This document shows, in pieces, positions 10,205 through 18,362 of a DNA stretch of 64,000 bases; position 1 is the stretch's first letter, and every line of letters begins with the position of its first letter. The notes under the pieces are model-generated. The model was given only the letters and a program-made list of their open reading frames with translations, searched no databases and was not told the origin of the DNA. Source of the stretch: Calditrichia bacterium (lineage in GTDB: Bacteria > Calditrichota > Calditrichia > JAJRVZ01); the NCBI GenBank assembly GCA_963796965.1, contig CAWCNS010000016.1, forward strand, positions 128,001 to 192,000, given 5' to 3'. The position numbers and the translations under genes are program-made.

Positions 10205-10234
10205 AGACACGGAAACTAGGAATATGTTGCACCC
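10205..10234 (-). promoter_or_regulatory. ECF-type promoter driving the sigma/anti-sigma operon
   Basis: Minus strand reads GGGTGCAAC-N15-GTGTCT, the same architecture as the plus-strand copy. Confidence 0.75.
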
Positions 10235-10257
10235 CAATAATATCGTATTTTTATCCA

Positions 10258-10287
10258 GGGTGCAACATTTTTATCTTCACTGTGTCT
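10258..10287 (+). promoter_or_regulatory. ECF-type promoter driving the DUF6249 gene
   Basis: GGGTGCAAC-N15-GTGTCT; AAC at -35 and GTCT at -10 are typical ECF elements. Confidence 0.75.
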
Positions 10288-10321
10288 ATTTATTCAGAAG
10301 TTCTTAAAAAGGAGAAATAAA

Positions 10322-10702
10322 ATGTACGATTTATTACCTATGGTAGTCGTTTCGGTTATATTTGGAAGCCTGGTTTTAATTATTAAGATTCTTTCAGACA
10401 ATCGGATACGCAAGAGTTTGATTGAGAGCGGTCAGGTGGATGAGAAGGCAAAGTATCTCTATTTAAGAGGGGATAGAAGACCGGTTGATCCATTAAGTTC
10501 CGTTAAATGGGGCATGGTTCTGGTGGCGGTTGGCCTGGCCTTAATTATTGGGCAATTTGTTAACCAGTTTATGTACTTTGGAGATGCCGAGGGTCTTACC
10601 TTCGGGTTGATGTTCCTTTTTGCCGGTATTGCTTTCCTGGTCTATTATAATCTGAAGAAAAAGGAAGATGTCAATTCTGAAGAACCGACGGCCGAATTAT
10701 AA
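10322..10702 (+). CDS. DUF6249-like membrane protein
   Basis: Three TM segments, R..LIE.G and SVKWGMVLVAVGLAL motifs; divergent from the ECF, a common Bacteroidota-type arrangement. Confidence 0.75.
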   Translation: MYDLLPMVVVSVIFGSLVLIIKILSDNRIRKSLIESGQVDEKAKYLYLRGDRRPVDPLSSVKWGMVLVAVGLALIIGQFVNQFMYFGDAEGLTFGLMFLFAGIAFLVYYNLKKKEDVNSEEPTAEL

Positions 10703-10722
10703 CTAACCATTTTTGTCAACTC

Positions 10723-10744
10723 GGGCGGAAATACATTTCCGCCC
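10723..10744 (+). terminator. GC-rich hairpin after the DUF6249 gene
   Basis: GGGCGGAAAT-AC-ATTTCCGCCC; no clean U-tract, so termination is uncertain. Confidence 0.4.
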
Positions 10745-10775
10745 CGATGATTCCGGTCTGACATTCCTTTCTCAA

Positions 10776-10803
10776 CAGGGCGAACACATGGATTCGCCCC
10801 TAC
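10776..10803 (-). repeat. GTAG-type REP-like palindrome, copy 2
   Basis: Reverse complement reads GTAGGGGCGAATCCATGTGTTCGCCCTG. Confidence 0.8.
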
Positions 10804-11028
10804 CTATCACTTTTAATATTTCACGTCCCTCCCCCCTGGAAATTTTATTTTCTCTGATAGATAATGAAATGGGCAGTCCGTCCGCGCAAACATAATAATA
10901 GAATAGTGAATATTCTGTGTTGATTGTTGAATGATGAAATTTGATTCTTGCATTGTAAAAAGAATGATCCTATTTTTGAAATAGAGAAAATAACATTATG
11001 TCTATTCAATAAAATTCAGATTTCAATT

Positions 11029-12171
11029 ATGCCTTCAAAACATTCAAACAGATCGCTTCTCATCATTGCCGGTGAGGTATCCGGTGATATCCATGGTGCT
11101 CACCTGATTGCTGCTCTAAAATCCAACGATCCGGAAATAGAACTCACCGGTATCGGCGGTGATTTAATGAAAAAAGAAGGTTTAGAACCGGTCTATCATA
11201 TTAAACAGATGGCTTTTATGGGTCTTGTTGAAGTATTAAAACATCTGCCATTTATAAAAAAAGTGTTAAACGATATGTATGCTTTGGCAGAGTCTATTCA
11301 ACCGGCAGCCATTATTTTGATAGACTATCCCGGTTTTAATCTCAGATTTGCCAAAAAAGTAAAAAAATTGGGCATTCCGGTAATATACTATATAACACCA
11401 CAATTATGGGCATGGGGTAAACGACGGGTTCATAAAATAAAGAAGTATATTGATAAAATGCTGGTGATTTTTCCTTTTGAAAAAGATTTTTACGCAAAAT
11501 ACGCTATTAGGTCTGAATATGTGGGACATCCTCTTGCGGATAGTCATTATAATGATGTGAACCCCAAAACAATGACCGGGGATAAAATTATTCTTGGCTT
11601 ACTACCCGGAAGTCGTATACAGGAAATTGATAAATTACTACCCGATATGGTTCGCACAGCCAAAATCCTCAAATCCTCAGGAAAAATATCAGATGCCCTT
11701 ATCCTTAAAGTTAATTCGATTTCTGAGCATGTTTATCAGTCCTATTTAGGAGATGAATCCTATATACACCTCTATGATTCAAGTTCTGCTGAGTTTTACA
11801 ATCAGATCGATGCTGCGCTGGTTTCTTCAGGCACGGCTACATTAGAAACCGCATATTTTCAGGTACCCCTGGTTATTGTTTATCGGGTCAGCCAACTAAC
11901 CTGGGTTATAGCAAATCTATTTGTCAATCTGGATATAGTCGGATTACCAAATATCGTGGCCGATAAAAAAATTGCATTAGAATTGCTTCAAAACAGTTTT
12001 CAACCGGAAACAGCCAGTCCCGAGTTGGAGCGATTGCTCGAACCGGAAACAAATTCCCGAATCAGAAATGAATTAAAAATTATTCGTGAAAAAATTGGTC
12101 CTCCCGGTGCCTCCGATCGGGCAGCAAAACTGATCATAGATTTTATCTCAGAATCTCCTCATTCTGCCTGA
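11029..12171 (+). CDS. lpxB: Lipid-A-disaccharide synthase
   Basis: IIAGEVSGD, IDYPGFN, PQLWAW, YVGHPL, LLPGSR and SGTATLE motifs; likely start at ATG 11029. Confidence 0.96.
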   Translation: MPSKHSNRSLLIIAGEVSGDIHGAHLIAALKSNDPEIELTGIGGDLMKKEGLEPVYHIKQMAFMGLVEVLKHLPFIKKVLNDMYALAESIQPAAIILIDYPGFNLRFAKKVKKLGIPVIYYITPQLWAWGKRRVHKIKKYIDKMLVIFPFEKDFYAKYAIRSEYVGHPLADSHYNDVNPKTMTGDKIILGLLPGSRIQEIDKLLPDMVRTAKILKSSGKISDALILKVNSISEHVYQSYLGDESYIHLYDSSSAEFYNQIDAALVSSGTATLETAYFQVPLVIVYRVSQLTWVIANLFVNLDIVGLPNIVADKKIALELLQNSFQPETASPELERLLEPETNSRIRNELKIIREKIGPPGASDRAAKLIIDFISESPHSA

Positions 12172-12308
12172 TCGACCCGGTTGGTCAGTGAAGGTAAAGG
12201 GAGTCTTTGGAAACTTAGACAAAACACTCAAAAACGAACCTGTGAGCGATTTTAACCAGAAACTTGTTGATAAAATTATGTTCTTACAAACCGGGCCTGA
12301 ATTTCTTG

Positions 12309-12408
12309 AACCGCTAAGACGCGAAGAAGGCGCAAGGTTCGCAATGAAAAATATATTTAATTTATAAAAACTTGGCGCTCTTAGCGCCTTCTTTGCGTCT
12401 TAGCGGTT
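12309..12408. repeat. 100-bp element with ~25-bp terminal inverted repeats and AT-rich core (MITE-like)
   Basis: AACCGCTAAGACGCGAAGAAGGCGC ... GCGCCTTCTTTGCGTCTTAGCGGTT, one mismatch. Confidence 0.85.
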
Positions 12409-12511
12409 AACTAAAGCAGGATTAATTATCATTATTTCTTATGCCAATGTGTCTGGGTGGTGTGGCGGGACTTCCTCTGATAGATACATCTCTCAATTTG
12501 AAGATTGATTT

Positions 12512-13198
12512 ATGGAAAAAAATTCATTCTCAGACTCAACTTATAAAAGTGCTTTGAAAAATAATACATGTTGGGAATCATTTTCGGTAGGGCGATTTGA
12601 GATTTCCCTAAAACGAGTTCAGGATATGGAAAAGTTGATTGAGGCAATCTCTTCGGATGAATTCAATAAGGATGAGAGATTGCCATACTGGGCTGATCTC
12701 TGGCCGTCCGCTCTTGGCCTTTCCCAGTATCTCGTTGAAAATGAAAATGAGATAAAAAACAAGCAAATACTTGAACTGGGATGCGGGTTAGGACTTGTTG
12801 GAATAACAGCCAGTTATTGTGGCGGAGATGTCTTGTTTACAGATTATGAGCCCATGGCACTCGAATTTACTCAGAGCAATTTTATGCGAAATTTTAACCG
12901 GCCGGCGGCCGTTCAATACATGGACTGGCGCAATCCTCATACGGATAAATCTTTTGATGTCATCCTCGCTGCGGATGTTCTCTATGAAAAAAGATGGTTG
13001 GAGCCGGTGATTAATGTCATCCAGGAATGCCTGAATGATCATGGAACAGTTCTTATTGCAGAACCTGACCGTTCAATCGCTAAAGATTTTTTCAATATGA
13101 TTGATAATTTGAATTGGAAACATCATTCACAGTTGAAAAGAGTCTCAGTCGGTAATAAATTAAATTCCGTTTCTATTCACAGGATATCCAAATGCTAG
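12512..13198 (+). CDS. Class I SAM-dependent methyltransferase, Methyltransf_16 (protein-lysine MTase-like)
   Basis: RLPYWADLWPSA, LELGCGLG, FTDY and AADVLY motifs. Confidence 0.88.
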   Translation: MEKNSFSDSTYKSALKNNTCWESFSVGRFEISLKRVQDMEKLIEAISSDEFNKDERLPYWADLWPSALGLSQYLVENENEIKNKQILELGCGLGLVGITASYCGGDVLFTDYEPMALEFTQSNFMRNFNRPAAVQYMDWRNPHTDKSFDVILAADVLYEKRWLEPVINVIQECLNDHGTVLIAEPDRSIAKDFFNMIDNLNWKHHSQLKRVSVGNKLNSVSIHRISKC

Positions 13199-13479
13199 CA
13201 CTCACACCAACCGAAGTGCGTGTATTACATGTCTGGGCTGAAAGAGGTCTAAACAGTCCTTTTCCCCAGGAAGCATCTTTGGCAGGTAGAGTTATTGCGA
13301 ATACTGCCAATCGTGAGATGAAGTTATCGCTTAAAGAATTAACTGTTGTCTTGCATTGGGCAGAACTAGAAACCAGGGGACATCATGGCACGGATCAATT
13401 TCTCCTCGAACAAGAAGCTTTACTCTTACGTAAAATTGAAACCTATATAGCGGATATGGAAGATAAATCTTTTGGATAA
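13192..13479 (+). CDS. Hypothetical 95-aa protein made of two internal repeats
   Basis: Overlaps the MTase stop; repeats LTPTEVRVLHVWAE..QEASL and LSLKELTVVLHWAE..QEALL. Confidence 0.7.
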   Translation: MLALTPTEVRVLHVWAERGLNSPFPQEASLAGRVIANTANREMKLSLKELTVVLHWAELETRGHHGTDQFLLEQEALLLRKIETYIADMEDKSFG

Positions 13480-13527
13480 AAGTTAATCTGACCGTCCTTA
13501 AATTGTGAAACCAAAGGCTAAAACTAT

Positions 13528-14898
13528 ATGATAAAACCAAGAATATTAGTTATTGATGATGATGAAGCACACCGCAGTGCCATGGTCATTATGCTTGAAG
13601 ATGAAGACTATGCCGTGGAAGAAGCTGATTGCGGCGAAGCAGCCCTGGAGATGATAAAGAAGCGCAGTTATGATCTGATTATTACAGACTTCAAGATGAA
13701 AAAAATTGATGGGATGGAATTACTCAAATTGATCAATGATCTTGATCCGCTCCTCAGAGTAATTATGGTAACGGGATTCGGTTCAATTGAACATGCTGTT
13801 GAGGCCATCCACAATGGCGCGCTAGATTATATACCCAAACCAGTCGATCCGAAGAAATTAAAATCAACGATTCACAATGCCCTCAGCCCAGCCAAAATAA
13901 TACCAAAATATCGTCAGGTTAAACCCAAGCCCAAATCGCCGGAAATTGATCGATTTGATAATATTATCGGCAAGGGCAAGGCAATTACCCGGGTTTTATC
14001 CCGTGTTCGTGAAATTGCAGATATCGATGTACCGGTTTTGATCACTGGGGAGAGCGGAACGGGTAAAGAACTTGTAGCGCGCGCAATCCATAAGGCATCT
14101 AAAAGATCTTCGGGATCTTTTATTGCCGTTAATACAGGTGCCATTGCCAAAGATCTTATATTGTCAGAGCTTTTTGGTCATGAAAAGGGCTCTTTTACAG
14201 GAGCCATTGATCAAAAAAAAGGTAAATTTGAGGAGGCTAACGGAGGTACACTTTTCCTCGATGAAATTAGTACCATGAGTGAACAGGTACAGATCTCCTT
14301 ACTCAGGGTTTTAGAAGTCCATACAATTGACAGGGTTGGCGGGAAGCGTGAAATTCCAGTCGATGTGAGGATTGTGGCTGCAAGCAATGAAAATCTGGAG
14401 GAATGCATTGCCCGGGGCTCATTCCGTGAAGACCTCTACTATCGTCTCAATGTATATCTAATCGAGCTGGCGCCCCTTCGCGAACGCAAAGAGGACATCT
14501 CACTCTTATGTGATCATTTTATTCAACATTTTAATCAGGAATATGGACGTAATATTTCAGGCATTGATCCTGAGGCTTTATCCATGTTAAAAGAATATGG
14601 CTGGAGAGGAAATGTCAGAGAATTGAGGAATGTCATTATCCGGGCTATGATTTCTGGGAAAGATATCATTAAAAAATCAGATTTACCGGCAAATGTAATT
14701 CAGGGGAGTCTGCCCGGAGAGGAAATCAGATTTAAGGCCGGAACTTCCCTGCCAGAGATTGAGCGGGAGTCCATAATTAAAACCCTGAAAAAAGTCCAGG
14801 GGAACAAGGCAAAGGCCTCTGACATGCTTGGAATTAGCCGGCGCTCGTTATATAATAAATTAGCTGAATATGGAATAGAAGATTCTGAAATTGAATAA
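13528..14898 (+). CDS. Sigma-54-dependent response regulator (NtrC/AtoC family: REC-AAA+-Fis HTH)
   Basis: IDDD and ITD receiver motifs, GESGTGKE, GSFTGA, LFLDEI, WRGNVREL and GISRRSLYNKL. Confidence 0.95.
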   Translation: MIKPRILVIDDDEAHRSAMVIMLEDEDYAVEEADCGEAALEMIKKRSYDLIITDFKMKKIDGMELLKLINDLDPLLRVIMVTGFGSIEHAVEAIHNGALDYIPKPVDPKKLKSTIHNALSPAKIIPKYRQVKPKPKSPEIDRFDNIIGKGKAITRVLSRVREIADIDVPVLITGESGTGKELVARAIHKASKRSSGSFIAVNTGAIAKDLILSELFGHEKGSFTGAIDQKKGKFEEANGGTLFLDEISTMSEQVQISLLRVLEVHTIDRVGGKREIPVDVRIVAASNENLEECIARGSFREDLYYRLNVYLIELAPLRERKEDISLLCDHFIQHFNQEYGRNISGIDPEALSMLKEYGWRGNVRELRNVIIRAMISGKDIIKKSDLPANVIQGSLPGEEIRFKAGTSLPEIERESIIKTLKKVQGNKAKASDMLGISRRSLYNKLAEYGIEDSEIE

Positions 14899-14963
14899 GG
14901 ATGAGTACTGATTAGTCCTTCTAACCACTTTGTAAATATTAAATATCTGGAAAAAAATCATCG

Positions 14964-15587
14964 ATGCGCCCGTATGAAAAATATCTCAGAAATCCTGATC
15001 AATTATATGATTTAATTCGGGAGAAGTTGGAAAACCGAATACCAAAAGAATATAAATATGCGGACGTGCCCTATAAAAAGGCAGCTGTTATAATTCCACT
15101 ATTTTTTAAGAATCAGGAGGCCCATCTTCTTTTTACGAAACGAACAGAGAAAGTTGAGCATCACAAAGGCCAAATTTCCTTTCCAGGTGGATCTCATGAA
15201 TCTAATGATGCTCATTTACGAGAAACAGCGATTCGGGAAACCTGGGAAGAAATGGGGATTGAAAAAGATGATTTGGCGATTGTCGGGAGTACAGATAAAT
15301 TTTTAACCAATACCCATTTTCTCGTCACGCCATATGTTGCCTATTTCAATTATCCCTATCCTTATAAAATTAATCCCGACGAAATAGATCAGGTGATTGA
15401 GGCCCCCTTAAGTCATCTGATTGATGCCAAGAATTTTGAAATAAATCAGTGGGAAAAAGATGGTATTATTTGGGATATCCACTATTATGATTTTTTTGGC
15501 GAAACTATTTGGGGTGTAACAGGATTTCTGCTCAGCAATTTTTTTTCAATTGTATTTGATCTTCCACATTTAAAGAACACATTTTAA
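14964..15587 (+). CDS. CoA pyrophosphatase, Nudix (NudL-like)
   Basis: LLFTKR..HKGQISFPGG, RETWEEMG and IWGVTG motifs. Confidence 0.9.
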   Translation: MRPYEKYLRNPDQLYDLIREKLENRIPKEYKYADVPYKKAAVIIPLFFKNQEAHLLFTKRTEKVEHHKGQISFPGGSHESNDAHLRETAIRETWEEMGIEKDDLAIVGSTDKFLTNTHFLVTPYVAYFNYPYPYKINPDEIDQVIEAPLSHLIDAKNFEINQWEKDGIIWDIHYYDFFGETIWGVTGFLLSNFFSIVFDLPHLKNTF

Positions 15588-15817
15588 TCTGATGACGGTA
15601 ATAAATATTAATAATGAATTATTTAAAATTTGATGTAAACCGATATAGAATAAAATCTGATTAGATCATATTTCAATTCCATTCTCAGGCGATTTTAAAT
15701 TTTCCAATCTGAGATTTATTAATTCTTAATTCAATTTTTAAAGATTAGATGTTGCCTATTGGAACTAAAATTACATATTGGCACAATTTATGTAAGTTGA
15801 TGGTATATAATTGAATG

Positions 15818-15926
15818 ATTTAGACCTCGTTTGTTTGTAAATTTTCTCGTCCGTAGGAGATGCTGACGGAACCTGAATATGAAATGCTGATGTTCGGGAA
15901 CATATATGCGGTGCAGACGTTTTTTT
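15818..15926 (+). ncRNA. Candidate small RNA or structured leader with twin hairpins
   Basis: TATAAT at 15806-15811; outer stem 15828-34 with 15913-19; two hairpins sharing GARATGCTGA; T7 tract. No family recognised. Confidence 0.4.
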
Positions 15927-15937
15927 ATTAGTTATAC

Positions 15938-18292
15938 TTGATTTTACCGGAGGCGTTTTTGAGAATATTAATCGTGATTTGCATGCTGGTTTTATCTGTG
16001 TCTATTTTGCTTGCCCAGGGGCTTCAGGATTGGCAAACCATTACATATATGAATGATGTAAGTGACATGGTTTTCTCGGATGGGGATATATGGATTAGTA
16101 CAAGTGGGGGGGTATATAAATACAATATTCTCGATAGTGCGGATGTGAAATATACCAATACGGATGGATTGGGTTCGCTGGATTTATCTTCTATTGAAAA
16201 AGATCACTATAACCATATCATAGCCTCCTCAAAGGACGGGACGATCAGCATGTATTCCGAAAATGTTGAAGAATGGTCGGTTTACAATAATCTAAGCGGA
16301 ACTGAGATTGTTGATCTGTACTCTATTGCCGATACTTTATGGGTGGCAACGACGACCGGTGTCGGTGTGTTTTTAATAGAAGAGAACAGTCTGGGGTTCA
16401 GAGATTATTATGATAATTTGCCCATTGAGCCAGGGAAGGCCTATCGCATCACTGTCTTTAATAACCGTGTCTATTATGCGACTGAGAATGGATTACTCCA
16501 TGCACCCTCAAATTTTATCCAATACAACCTAAAATTATCAGATAACTGGAAAGTAATGACATCATCAGGCGGTTTGCCATCAAATAGTGTCCGGGATTTG
16601 GTTCCAATATTAGACTCACTTTTTGTAGCTACTTCAGCCGGAGTGGCAACAATCTTAAAGGATGGTACCACTGCTATTCTGCCATCATGGAACTCAGGGA
16701 TTGTAACTAAAATGCTTATTTCAGGCGATACACGCTATTTTATTAGGGAGATAGATTATTTTAAATGGATTGAAGGAAGATGGTCTTATATTGCTAATGA
16801 AAATATACCTATAAATAGTGCCGTATTGGATGATAAAAAAGAGTTATGGACAGGGCGGAAAGAGGGTGGCATCAAAAAGAGAACCTGGCAAAACGCCTAT
16901 AAAATTGATGGGCCGGCAAGTAATTATGTGGGTATATTAATTAAAGACCGTCGTGGCACATTGTGGATCTCCTCGGGTAAATTTAAATTGTCTCATCCAT
17001 ATGGGTTTTACAGATATGACTTTCCTGATTGGAAGAACTATGCTTTTGCCAATGGCGATTGGTTTCGAAAGAATAGCATGGCCTATGTATATGAGGATAG
17101 AAACGGCAGAATTTGGTTTGGCGCCTGGGGTGGTGGGGTGGTGACTGTCCATAATGAAGAGATTGATTATTATCATTCATGGACAGGTGCAGGTGAAATG
17201 ACTGTTTCAACATCTGAAGGTATTGAAGAATATCTACTCCCGGAAATCCCTGAAAATAAATCTTGTCTTTCGGGGGCAAATATTTCTGCAGCCGATTACA
17301 CCGTGATTCCATGTATTTTAGAAGATCAGACGGGTAATGTTTGGTTAGCAAATCATTTATCCCGTGATTTGAAATATCTGGCAGTGGTCCCCCGAAATTC
17401 CCAGGGAGAACTGGATATGGATTGTGCGGGATGGACCTACTTTGGAAGCAATATTGGTATTACCAGCACAGAAAGTGAAATCTCATCACTGGCATTTGAT
17501 GATTTTGGACGGTTGTGGATCGGAACCTTTACTTCTGGAATTCTCGTTTATGATTTTAATGGAACCATAGATGATAGGACTGATGATAAAGGATTGATTA
17601 GAGTCAATACCTCCAACGCTAATCTTTTTAGTAATATAATTCTTACCCTCTCCAAGGATCAGGATGGGGTTATGTGGATTGGTACGGCAGGCGGGCTAAA
17701 TTCATTTGATGGATCAAGTTTTTATAAACATGTGGGTGAAACAGGGCCGGTGGATAATAAAATTAATCAGATTTTTGTAGACAATTTTAATAATAAATGG
17801 CTGGCAACTGATGGTGGGATGAGTGTTCTCCAATCTAATAAAAGCCCTTGGGATACTGGTGCATGGGTACATTATACGACCGAGAACAGCGGTTTACCTG
17901 CCAAAATTGTTAATAGCATCTATGTTGATTCTAAAAACAGCGAAGCATATATAGGTACAGAAGGTGGTCTGTCGATTTTTTCGGGTTCATTTGCAGAGTA
18001 TAAAGAAAATTTGGAATCGGTCGTTGCAGGTCCTAGTCCCTTTATTCTGAACGGAAGTTCTCAATTTGTTATAAAAAACCTTATATATGGAGCTACTATA
18101 AAAATCTTAAATATGAATGGCAGACTCGTTCGTGTGTTATCCGAAGACAATGGAATGGTTGAGGGGGGAAGGGCCGTATGGGATGGAAAAGATGAAAATA
18201 ATTCGAAAGTGCCCAGTGGGATCTATCTTTATATGATTTATAATGATGAAGGTGTCACCGGTAATGGAAAGATCGCTGTAGTCAAACCCTAA
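15938..18292 (+). CDS. PorZ-like beta-propeller protein with C-terminal FlgD/T9SS-type Ig domain
   Basis: Signal peptide, repeated D..G.lWigT..Gl propeller blades, C-terminal PSPF..IKILNMNGRLVR..VWDGKDENNSKVPSGIY..GKIAVVK. Confidence 0.75.
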   Translation: MILPEAFLRILIVICMLVLSVSILLAQGLQDWQTITYMNDVSDMVFSDGDIWISTSGGVYKYNILDSADVKYTNTDGLGSLDLSSIEKDHYNHIIASSKDGTISMYSENVEEWSVYNNLSGTEIVDLYSIADTLWVATTTGVGVFLIEENSLGFRDYYDNLPIEPGKAYRITVFNNRVYYATENGLLHAPSNFIQYNLKLSDNWKVMTSSGGLPSNSVRDLVPILDSLFVATSAGVATILKDGTTAILPSWNSGIVTKMLISGDTRYFIREIDYFKWIEGRWSYIANENIPINSAVLDDKKELWTGRKEGGIKKRTWQNAYKIDGPASNYVGILIKDRRGTLWISSGKFKLSHPYGFYRYDFPDWKNYAFANGDWFRKNSMAYVYEDRNGRIWFGAWGGGVVTVHNEEIDYYHSWTGAGEMTVSTSEGIEEYLLPEIPENKSCLSGANISAADYTVIPCILEDQTGNVWLANHLSRDLKYLAVVPRNSQGELDMDCAGWTYFGSNIGITSTESEISSLAFDDFGRLWIGTFTSGILVYDFNGTIDDRTDDKGLIRVNTSNANLFSNIILTLSKDQDGVMWIGTAGGLNSFDGSSFYKHVGETGPVDNKINQIFVDNFNNKWLATDGGMSVLQSNKSPWDTGAWVHYTTENSGLPAKIVNSIYVDSKNSEAYIGTEGGLSIFSGSFAEYKENLESVVAGPSPFILNGSSQFVIKNLIYGATIKILNMNGRLVRVLSEDNGMVEGGRAVWDGKDENNSKVPSGIYLYMIYNDEGVTGNGKIAVVKP

Positions 18293-18362
18293 TGGGAACC
18301 ATAAGCACCATGTACGCTTTAGTTATTTTAAATACCAGGCCTGGAAGAGACAGGACGCTCAA

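Noticed and set aside
9116..10702. ECF/anti-sigma pair as the CHAT target (Csx30/CASP-sigma analogy)
   Set aside because: It is an ordinary ZAS anti-sigma/ECF/DUF6249 block with its own promoters; only proximity links it to the CHAT gene.
10713..10895. 60-aa ORF after DUF6249, and the similar ORF at 58402-58599
   Set aside because: Both run through hairpin/REP sequence with no recognisable protein features.
15778..15795. Sigma-54 promoter TTGGCACAATTTATGT
   Set aside because: The -12 dinucleotide is GT rather than GC; the segment is better explained as an inverted repeat.
15855..15900. Fluoride (crcB) riboswitch suggested by GGAGATG and GCTGATG
   Set aside because: It lacks the P1 complement and the GAY..CUAC ending, and the downstream gene is unrelated to fluoride.
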